NCBI GenBank assembly: GCA_051294375.1
Contig: CM119268.1
Span: forward strand, 20,429,672 to 20,493,671
Source of the DNA: Paraspadella gotoi
Taxonomy: Eukaryota > Animalia > Chaetognatha
DNA length: 64,000 bases
Direction: 5' to 3'
This document shows, one piece after another, positions 12,454 through 23,516 of the stretch. The translations under genes and the position numbers were made by a program. The notes below the pieces were generated by a model, which made no database searches, was not told where the DNA came from, and worked only from the letters and a program-made list of their open reading frames with translations. How positions within the stretch are numbered: the first letter of the stretch is position 1; every line of letters begins with the position of its first letter.

Positions 12454-13778
12454 TATTAATTAATTAATATTAATTTTTTTTGATGGTCAAAATTGTTTTC
12501 CACTTTGTTTCGCCTCACAATCACAAAACAACAACTTCGATTACAAAATTAATTAATTAATTACAAATAATTAATAATTAATTAATTATTTATTAATAAT
12601 TAGTTAATGCAGCTTGAATTTATATTTAATATAAAAATAAAAAAGCATAATCAAATAGGGAAATAGATTTTTTGTTTTTTCCATTTTCACTCATTTTAAC
12701 TCAACGATTCCATCGAAACTTTATTTCCTGTTTAATCACACACTTTCAGACCCACATACAAAATTTGAAGTCAAATTATTTCTACTAAGTTTCAATTTTT
12801 TTTCTGGTATGCAAACCGAATAAATTCTCAGCTATCATTTAAAAACAGAAATGTTTAGTGTTTTAAAATTGAACCTTTGCTAGAATGTGGATTCTGTCAA
12901 GAATTAAACTGGAAAAGATGTTTAATTTTTCTATTTAGCTTCCGTTTATTTAATTATAAAATAGAATAGAATTAAAAAGTAGAAAAAATACAAGTTATTT
13001 CTCTTTCTTTCTCTCTCTCTCGGTTTAAACTTCGCCAGACTGGTTCTAAAGTAAGAGATTAATTACAAATTTAAGTTAAAAATCTTATCAGGAGCTTGAT
13101 AAAGAATACAATCGATCAAACAATGTCGTATCTGCCCACGATCATTAGCGGTAATTAATTAATAAATTAGTTAATTTGATTTCTTCACTGACCATGACAA
13201 TGACAATAATGCTGATAACGAGTGATTTGATTGATTGATTGATTAAATAAATAAATTGTGTGATTGAATAATTAAATAATAGATAAATAAATTGATTGAT
13301 TGAATAATTAATTTATTGATTGACTAATTAATTATTGATTAATTAATTGAGTAATTGATTAATTAACAGAGTAATTATTTGATTAATTAATACATCTTGC
13401 ATTTACATTTAATATAAAATAAAAAAGAATAATCAGTTAGTGAAACAGGTTTTTTGTTTTTTCCATTTAAACTCATTTCCACTCAGACTATTCCATCGAA
13501 ACTTGATTTCCAGCTTCATCACACACTTTCCTACCCACATACAAAATTTCAAGTCAATCGCCCCATACACTCGTGAGTAATTGGCGTTCAAATACTGAAA
13601 TAGTTTTTTGGCTCTTTTCCACTCTCACGAATCCGTCGAAACTTCATATTGAAGAGACAGTAATTATTGATATGTGTTAATGACAGAACCGTTCAATATA
13701 AGCAGTCCCTGAGCTTTGGATCAGGCAGTAACACCGAGTTACAGGCGGGTTAAGCGCCCCATCCCTCTTAACTGTTAG

Positions 13779-13850
13779 GCGGCCACCAGGCTAGAACCCT
13801 GGACCTTTGGATTGGGAGACAAATGATTTGCCTCCGGCACCAATGGCCGC
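13779..13850 (-). ncRNA. tRNA-derived module in family A LTR (Gly-CCC-like); not a bona fide tRNA gene
   Basis: 72 nt with a perfect 7-bp acceptor-like stem GCGGCCA/TGGCCGC, A-box-like TGGTGCCGGAGG, anticodon-position loop CTCCCAA and B-box-like GGTTCTAGCC. D and anticodon stems pair poorly. Confidence 0.7.
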
Positions 13851-14125
13851 TGATGAACGGTTGGTGGATTTTAGTCCACCATACATCCCCCCCTCCCGTA
13901 GAGAGAAGTTTGTCGCGTCTCTTCAGTGAATTGTTGGTGGAAAGTGCATCACCAAGTTGAGGCATGTCGCCTGATGTGTTGTTGGCGGAAAGTGCATCGC
14001 CAGGTTGAGGCATGTCGCCTGAAAGTGTTGTTGTTGCTGTTGTGTTCGGATGTTGGGCTCACCAATGAAGAGACAGTAATTATTGATATGTGTTAATGAC
14101 AGAACCGTTCAATATAAGCAGTCCC

Positions 14126-14497
14126 GGTAAGTATAAGTATATAAGTATACTCGGTAGGAAGGGTAACGGAGGTGGTAGGAATTTTTCCGTGGTCGGATGT
14201 GAAACTGATGGTCTGTGTACTCGGTAGGAAGGGTAACGGAGGTGGTAGGAATTTTTCCGTGGTCGGATGTGAAACTGATGGTCTGTGTACTCGGTAGGAA
14301 GGGTAACGGAGGTGGTAGGAATTTTTCCGTGGTCGGATGTGAAACTGATGGTCTGTGTACTCGGTAGGAAGGGTAACGGAGGTGGTAGGAATTTTTCCGT
14401 GGTCGGATGTGAAACTGATGGTCTGTGTACTCGGTAGGAAGGGTAACGGAGGTGGTAGGAATTTTTCTGTGGTCGGATGTGAAACTGATGGTCTGTG
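14126..14497. repeat. Insertion of 5 near-perfect 70-bp tandem units plus a (TAAGTA)n-like end, within an LTR
   Basis: gggtaacgga recurs at 14161, 14231, 14301, 14371 and 14441. The insert is flanked by GTCCC (14121-14125 and 14498-14502), which occurs once at this site in the other LTR copies. Confidence 0.9.
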
Positions 14498-14955
14498 GTC
14501 CCTGAGCTTTGGATCAGTCTGTAACACCGAGTTACAGGCGGGTTAAGCGCCCCGTCCCTCTAAACTGCTAGGCGGCCACCAGGCTAGAACCCTGGACCTT
14601 TGGGTTGGGAGACGAATGACTTACTTCCAGCACCAATGGCCGCTGATGAACGGTTGGTGGATTTTAGTCCACCATAATATCCAGCTCAATCACACACTTC
14701 CCTACCCACTTACATAATTTCATTCCAATCCAACTCTAATTACTCAGTAATTAGAGTTTTTTGCTTAGGTGGGACGGACGGACGGATGTTCAATGTTCTG
14801 ACATGATATAAGTGAATGCCCAACAAGATTGAGGGGGCGGACCGACAAAGTGAATTATAGAGTCGGAATCTGCTGATGAGTAGATCCGACTAAAATACGA
14901 AACAATTATTTGACTGCTTCCAATCGCTTAAGCGTAATTTTCATACTCGTTAAAA

Positions 14956-15743
14956 ATGTCCGACTTTACCATTAATGATATGAAAAACGTTGAATCACCG
15001 ACGGAGATTCCAAAATCGATTTGTGATAAAGACTTGGAATCGATGACAGCGTCTGAGATTCGATCTGTGATCAGGAGAGGAAAGTTTGGTCGAACGACGA
15101 CCAGCGGTTTGGCAAAAGGTGAGTCTCTCCGAAGGTAGGTCTTCCTCTATCGATGTCGCGTAATCAACGGAATCGACCAATTGACGGACCTTGTCGGCCT
15201 CGTGACGTCATTGCTCGTCGTCTTCGCCAACGATATTATCGAGATTCTTAGTTGTTGCGTCCACAATCTCGTGACACGCTTTTTTTTTAATTAATACCAA
15301 AAAACAGTATTGACACAATCAGAAACAGTAACAGTGTAAAAGACTAGAAAACAGTAAACAATAGGAGGAAATTTTTTTATTAATAACAAAAACGATATTA
15401 ACATAATTAAACAAGTTTGAGCAAACAATGTCGGATCTGCCTACGATAATTAAGTGGTAATAAGCTAACTTGGTCAACTTGCATAATTTAATCAACTTGC
15501 ATAATTTGGTCAACTGACATAATTTGGTCAACTGACATAATTTGGTCAACTGACATAATTTGGTCAACTGACATAATTTGGTCAACTAACATAATTTGGT
15601 CAACCAGCATAATTTGGTCAACTGGCATAATTTTATCAACAGGCATAATTTGGTTAACTGGCATAATTTGGTCAACAGGCATAATTTGGTCATCTTGAAG
15701 AATTTGGTTAACTGGCATATTTTTGTCAATTGGCATTATTTGG

Positions 15744-15806
<63 letters not shown>

Positions 15807-18800
15807 GAGAGAGATAGAGAAAGAGAAACTTTAAAAAATTCAAATAAATGTGTATTTTGGTTTTCTAATTTGAACTCTTTTCCACTCATACGAATTTATA
15901 TTCAGCTTTATTACATACTTTCCTACCCACACACAAAATTCCATTTCAATTTATCTATCCAATTTTTAATAAACATTATAATTATAAGTAAATTTAAGTA
16001 AAAATACTTCAAGTAAATATGACTTTTGTTTTTTCCATTTTAACGCATTTCCACTTGCACGATTCCATCGAAACTTTATATCCAGCTCAATCACACACTT
16101 TCCTACCATGATACAAAATTTCAAGTCAATTACCCTATCCACTCATGAGCAATTAGCGTTCAAATAGTGAAATAGATTTTTTTGTTTTTTCCATTTAAAC
16201 CATTTTCCACTCGTACGATTCCATCGAAACTTCATATCCATCTCAATCACGCAGTTTCCTACCCACACACAAAATTTCATACCAATCCATCCATCCAATC
16301 ACGAGTAATGGGAGTTTTTTTGCTAAGGGGGGACGGACGGACGGACTAACCTTATCCCTAACCGAAACCCTAAACAATTAATCCATCGTTCAAATTATCG
16401 TTCAAATTATCGTCGTCGTATTTGTCGATCCTGACTCTAAGTCATCCAGCCAGAGAGAGCGAGAGAGATTCGCTGCTCCTTCATACGGCAAAGGGGCATC
16501 GATGTTTGATAAGGCCCAATATTTTGGGGTGGGACCGACGGACCGACAAAGTGAATTATAGAGTCGGAATCTGCTGTTAAGCAGATCCGACTAAAAGCAG
16601 TAACAGTAACGGTATAAATAACAGCATACTGATCACAAAAATATAACCAAAACCACTAATATCAAATTATAAAACGCTACTAAAATGTTAAAAGCTACTT
16701 CATAAAAGACTGTAAAACTAAAAGTCGTTTAACAAAATCTCGATTTCAAAATTTTTTACTCAGTTTTTGCTCGCACGTCTTTCCTGCGGAGCAACTCTAT
16801 ATGTTTTAGTCAATCTCGTGACGATATGCCCGTTTGACGATATGCCCGTTTGACTAGTCCAATTTTGATGCACCTCAATCATATTGTGGATAAGGCGCTA
16901 AGTGGGCTGAAGATGACTATCCGTAACTTCTATAACCCCTTTTAGTAGCCATGAAACGGGTCCTGGGCTTGGAACCAGGTTTGAGGGTTTGCCACACCCC
17001 CAAGGCGGCTTACGGCCGTCCTCACGCTTCCCGCAGGCGAGGTACCGGGTTGGGATTGAACCTGGTACCTAGTGGTCATGAGTTGATGGCTTTACTCAAT
17101 GAGCCACCGGGTCAGGACTGAAGGTGTCATGCTTATAGGCAGGGTGAACCTAGGCAATGCCCGACTACATGCCCCCCAGATTGTAACCCACCCTGCACTG
17201 CTTCCAGTGGAGGGAGGGGAGCAATCTTCAGCACGTCCATGGGCCTGGAATCAGAAGGTTGGAATACGCTCGACAGGATGGGCTCACCAGTGTGGAAAAG
17301 GCACTAAGTGGGCTGAAGATGACTATCCGTAACTTCTATAACCCCCTTTAGTAGCCATGAAACGGGTCCTGGGCTTGGAACCAGGCTTGAGGGTTTGCCG
17401 CACCCCCAAGGCGGCTTACGGCCGTCCTCACGCTTCCCGCAGGGTAGGTACCGGGTTGGGATTGAACCCGGTACCTAGTGGTCATGAGCTGATGGCTTTA
17501 CTCAATGAGCCAACAGGTCAGGACTGAAGGTGTCATGCTTATAGGCGGGGTGAACCTAGGCAATGCCCGACTACAATATAACAGTAATCATCAGGAAACA
17601 TATGATAAATAATTATTTTCGCAAAAAATAAAAGATTATTAGTTGTATAAAAATGAGGATTTAATTAAGGCTAGAAAACAAATCATCAGTTCAATAGTAG
17701 TTAATACGTCAAAAAAACATTATGAAATTGGTACAACCAATATAAAAATTATCCATTCATTTAATAAATAAGCTATCTTGCCCCTGACTTTGGACAGGCT
17801 TTGGTGGTTTAAGGCCTCCATCACTCTTACAAGATAATTACACAGCAGGTCCCTGCAAGCTTTCAATCAAGACTCTCTGACAGTCCCGTTTATTCACTCC
17901 CAGAGTACTTGGCTTCCCTATGTTTCAGGCCAAAACAGGCCATTTTATCTCCCTCCCTCGATTATGTTTCAGGCCAAAAACATGCCATTTTTACCTCGTA
18001 CCCTATAATTTCACTCAGGCCAAAAACAGGCCAACATAATGATAGTCCCGTCCACCTTCGCCGAAGACGTCAAAGAAATCTGCCGCCGCAACGCTGCTCC
18101 GCTGCCGCTGCTGTACAATAGCAGCAGAGGTGAGACAGGGGCGCCGACTCTGACCGAGAACTCGAACATCAGGTGAGTTAACTGGAAAAATTTTGGGTGA
18201 GTAAGGACTGTAAATGTTGATTGTCCTCATTGGTGAAATGAGAATTAATATCATAAACAAATAAAAAACAAAAAAATGATTATACTGTGGTGGTATATTC
18301 ACACCACCTCACGTCCACGATCGTTCAGCCAATACCATTGGCTCAGAGGGGGAACACACCATCACAGGCGTTGTGTTCCATCCACAGTCCTAACGATTTC
18401 CCTCTGCGTTGACAAAGCGAGGGTCGGAAGCCCCCAAAGCCAACAGTGAGATTGCCCCTTACCAATGGGCATCACAGGCAACCCGGCTGTTGCCATAATA
18501 CCATGAAGAAAAAAAATTTGTCCAGCTGTTTTTCAGCATTTTAATGTAAAAATAAAAAAATAAAATTTAAATATCAAGAAACTTTAGCCTTTTGTAATTC
18601 ATATGAGCTGTATCTCATTTATGTATAATAAAAATACAAGAGTTCGATGCAAAAAACAATGAATTGCCGAAAAAATACTTCTTTGTTTTTTTATCGTTTT
18701 CATATCTATAAGTTTTATTTATACTAATTTTTTTCAGTTTTATGTCAAATGGTTATTGCATCATCTTTATTAGGATAGATTCAAGGATAAATATTAATTC

Positions 18801-19972
18801 ATATGTAAAATAAAAAGTGGTATTAAAAATATATTGATGCTGTAACTGCTCCAAAATATTTTTTTATATTATAAAGTATCAATAAAAGTTATAAGGCTCC
18901 TTTTTGTAAATAAAATTATCATTTTTATTTACCTCTGGATGTATTATCAAAACCAAATATCTAACAAGTCCAAAAAAAAATCAAAGATTTGTTGAAGTGA
19001 AAGATAATATATTATCACATTATACAGCAACAACTCGAGCCTAGTTTACTTTATAAAGGATCAATCTTTTTTACTGTTTGCCAAAGATAATTTTTTTTAC
19101 AAAATCTGATAAAAAATATTATGAAATTGGTATAACCAATATAAAAATTATCCATTCAATTAATAAATAAGCTATCTTGCCCCTGATTTTGGACAGGCTT
19201 TGGTGGTTTAAGGCCTCCATCACTCTTACAAGATAATGACATGCAAGCTTTCAATTAAGAATCTCTTACAGTCTAGTTTATTCACTCCTAAAGTTCCTGA
19301 CTTCCTTATCGATGAAGTGGTATAATATTTCAAAGTAAGTTTGAATTGTATGAAAAGACTACTCCTTAAGTAATAGATCGGGGAATACTATATTATACTC
19401 CGCCCAGCATAAAATACAAGGAGCTGAATTTTATGAAATTGATACAACCAAAATAAAAATTATCTATTCATTTAATAAATAAGTTATCTTACCCCTGACT
19501 TTGGTGGTTTAAGGCCTCCATCACTCTTACAAGATAATGACATAGCAGGTCCCTGTAAAAAAACTCTTAGAGATATAATATTAATGATAAATATAATATC
19601 TTGATCAAAAAAAGGTAAAAACAGTTAGAGACAACCTCTTTTGGAAGTATTCGTATGCATTTAAATAATTTTGTGCTATTAAGAAATAATCTTCTTATTC
19701 AGTCTTAGGGAATTATATTATATATTAAAACTCATTTATTGGCCAAAAAATACATTTAACAATGAAATTAACCGACTTTTCCAAACCGCGACAATTTTTT
19801 TTGCCATCATGGTAGATAACGCTAAATAAAGACAAAACGAGACTATGGAAAAATTACTAATTAAATTTTTAAATAAATGCAAGTTATTCGTAAGTTAGTT
19901 TCAAAATCCTCAAATTCCAAAACGACAAATTATAGTAAATAAACAAGACTTAAGAAAAAAGAAACGAAAACA

Positions 19973-20003
<31 letters not shown>

Positions 20004-20155
20004 AAGTGAGTTGACGGCGGCGCTGTTTTCCACGTCGATCACGAACAGAAGGACAGCCTCATTCACCAACTTTTAATCTTTAATATTTAATGTCGCTCAT
20101 CATAAATCTCTACGCGGGTTCCGCCTAAAAAATCATAACCAGATGGAGAGGGAGT

Positions 20156-20205
<50 letters not shown>

Positions 20206-20653
20206 TAGTAAGCTTTCACAATTGACTTTTAATGAATGTGCCATATGCTATCTGTCGTGAGTCTCGATTATTCTTTCGATGTGAAAAAAGTTGAAAACTT
20301 GGGTCGTTGATTAAGAAAGAGAAAAAAAGGGATTAGGAAAAGAAAAGGAAGGAAAGGAAAAAAGGAGAAAATGGAAAAAGAAGAAAGGATCTAGGAAAGA
20401 AGAAAAAAGGAATTGATAGAAAAAAAAAAGAGAAAGTTCTAAGCAAAAAATTTAAGGACTTTTCTTTGTTATAATTTCCTTTCTTTTTCGTTTCTTCAGG
20501 TTCGTAAACCGAACCGAAACATGTCCGTTCATCATTAAATAAATTTGTTGCTGAATCACAATTTAAACTTTTCTCTTAGGACTTTTCTTGAAATAAATCC
20601 GGCAACATTTAAAAAATTATGATAAAAGAGGAATTAGGTCCAATGTGAAAGAA

Positions 20654-20738
<85 letters not shown>

Positions 20739-23432
20739 GCGAAGGAGATTTCCCGGGTCAGAATAATACATTACCTAATGTCTTATTAGTGTTTTGTTTA
20801 TTACGTTTTTGTTTTAGAACCGACCTACCTTCCGTTATGACTTATGAATTCGGCGTTCCAATTGGTCAACGGTCTTGCCCCGTCAATGCTGATTGGTCCG
20901 ATTTTGTGACCTTTTACGTCGGCTGCAGCTACTCGTTTGAAGCGGCTCTGATCGCGGGAAGAATTCCCATCAGAAACATGGAGAGAAAAAAAGATGTGGC
21001 TGCGTATAAGGTGATGAAAAAGGAATGAGTGAGTGAAGAGAGTGAGTCAGTGAGCCAGTCAGTGAGTCCGTCAGTCAGTGAGTTAGTGAGTGATAGACAG
21101 AAAGAGAGAAGAAGGAGAGAGAAGGAGAGAAGGAGAGAGAGAGAAAGACAGAAGGAGAAAGAAGGAGAGAGAAAAGGGAGACAGAGAGAGAGAAAAGGAC
21201 AGGAGAGAAAAGGAGAGACACAGAGAAAGAGAGAGTGGCGGAGAGAGATATAACAACATCTAGGAACCATTTGATCAATATGTAATTTTTGAAATAGTCA
21301 ACAAACAAGACCTCTTTAGCCTTAACTTACCTTTAGCCCTAACTTACCTCACCCGTAATCAACTGCTCCTCCCTTTTCAGACTTCCGTCTTCCTCTTCAC
21401 GCCCCCCCATCTCCCCCCCGTCCCCATGGTGGTCTCCCTGCGCCCCCTCCCCCCTTCCCTCCTCGAGACGTGCTTTTCCATCACGGCGCCGATGGCCGAC
21501 GCTCACGGGGCGCCGGTTCACGTCGGCGCCCCTGGCGTTATCGGCATCGAAGACGTGACGGCGCCGGATTTCGGTTTGACGCCGGATTTCGAAGACGGCG
21601 ACGTTCCGGTCTTTTGGGCTTGTGGAATAACTGGGAGACTTTTGATGACGGCGTTGAGTATGTCTGTTGGTTGTTGGCTTTGTTGTTGTTTGGAATGACT
21701 AAAATGTCTGTCTGTCCGTCGGTCTGTCTGTCGATCATTTTGTTCATCCGATTTACTATTTACAAAGTAAGACATTTCAGTTGGTACATTTATCTGATTC
21801 TTCATGAAAATTAAAGTTACAGTTTCTGAAAAAAAAAAATTTTCATTGTCAAAAAATAAACTGATCAGCAGACGCAGCCCCTGAGAAAAAAAAATAAATA
21901 AAAAACCCGATGTTGCGATAGCAAAATGATAACATGCACGAATGCGATGCCTTATTTTACGAGTTCAATCCTAATTCAATTTTTTTTTAATAAAAACGCA
22001 GAGAGAGAGAAAGAGAGAGAGAAAAAAAAAGAAAGAAATCAAAAGGCAGCAGCAGAAGCAGCTTGAGAAAAGAGAGAAAAAGAGAGAGCCCTGCAGAGCT
22101 GAAAATTTATATACAGCTTCTCATCATCGATGTCCTTAAAATTGAGTCAGGACAGTTATTAAATATGTTTTGTTTACGTTTTATCAAAACAAACAAATTT
22201 TCTCTCTTTTATTTTTATATTTCTTTCTCTCTCTCTTTTCTCTTTTAATTATATGTCTCTCTCCCTCTCTCTTTTCCCTAGTCACTGATTCATAGGAAAA
22301 AAAAACCGAGTCTGCAGGGGCTTATTCTTTTTCTCTCTTTTCTCCTGCTGCTTCTGCTGCTGCCTTTTGAGTCTGTAGCTGGCTCTGCAGGGGCTCTCTA
22401 TTTTCTCCTGCTGCTTCTGCTGCTGCCTTTTTATTTCTTTCTTTTTTTCTCTCTCTCTCTCTGCGTTTTTATGAAAAAAAAAATTGAATTAGGATTGAAC
22501 TCATAAAATTAAGCATCACATTCGTGCATGTTATCATTTTGCTATTGCAACATCATGTTTTTTTTTCCCTTTTTTTCTCAGGGGCTGCGTCTGCTGATCA
22601 GTTTATTTTTTGACAATGAAATTTTTTTTCTTTTTTTCCTTTTTTTTTCAGAAACTGTAATTTTAATTTTCCTCGGTACTTTATTATTTTTTTTAATTGA
22701 CAATCGCAAAATAGAATTTTTCTTTCTGTTTATAAATTAATTTTCTTTTCTCAAATTCTCAAATAGTATCAAAATTTGTCGTCAATCCAGATTTTTCTTA
22801 TGCGATTGCGACGATCCTTATGCTTTTAAGATTTTTATTGCGAGTTGTTGTTATTACACTTGACATTGTCGTTATCATTAATTTAACTGATATTTTAATT
22901 TCATGTAACTTTTTCTTCAGAATCTCCCATCGCTTTCACCGATGCCTTGGATAATTTGTTTTTGTGCGACGTTTCCTCCGAGCAGCAGCAAGAGGACGGG
23001 CAACAGCAGCAGCAGCCGCCGACGCCACAGCTCCACCCGCGCGTCTTCCGCATCTACAGCAATGCTTCAGGCTGGGTCAGGAAGCTCCCTTCGACTTAAC
23101 TGCATCGACGTCAACAGCGGTAGAACTAGGACTTTCGGCTCCAAAGACATTAATTCCCAACACTCTCTCATCGTTTTCACGAATGAAGAGATAATGGTTC
23201 TACAAAATCATCGTAAACTTAACGAAATCAACCACAAATTCGCACGATCGTAAAAAGACTTTCTCCCCAAGATAAAGCTTTTTAAAATTAAATCTCTCCG
23301 AAACTAGATTTAGTCGCTGCTTGAAAACATCGCAGATTCGTACGAAGGAACGAAGTCGCTTGATTGGGACAATTTAAAGTCCTGAGATGAAAACTTGAAA
23401 TCAAAGGGTTTCTCGCGTCTACTGGCTATTTT

Positions 23433-23516
<84 letters not shown>

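Larger units (their letters stand above)
13650..14676 (-). mobile_element. Complete TRIM, family A (non-autonomous LTR retrotransposon with tRNA-like LTR)
   Basis: Direct repeats at 13650-13883 and 14066-14676 (the latter interrupted at 14126-14497) enclose a 182-bp non-coding interior. On the minus strand the PBS TGGTGAGCCC (14055-14064) follows the 5' LTR and a G-rich PPT (13887-13897) precedes the 3' LTR. TSD ATAT at 13646-13649 and 14677-14680. Confidence 0.92.
13111..14895 (-). mobile_element. Helentron/DINE-1-like element interrupted by TRIM A
   Basis: Same 5' inverted repeat (about 14860-14892), GGAC repeats, subrepeats and 3' motif (about 13111-13143). The TRIM splits the consensus acttcatat|ccagctcaatcacac. 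Confidence 0.7.

Noticed and set aside
13845-13883. CTGATGA in family A LTRs as a hammerhead ribozyme (retrozyme) core
   Set aside because: There is no correctly placed GAAA or stem III, and the motif is antisense to the element orientation defined by PBS and PPT.
14148-14497. 70-bp array as a CRISPR array or hammerhead multimer
   Set aside because: There are no unique spacers and the context is eukaryotic. The unit has CTGATGG rather than CTGANGA, with GAAA in the wrong arrangement.
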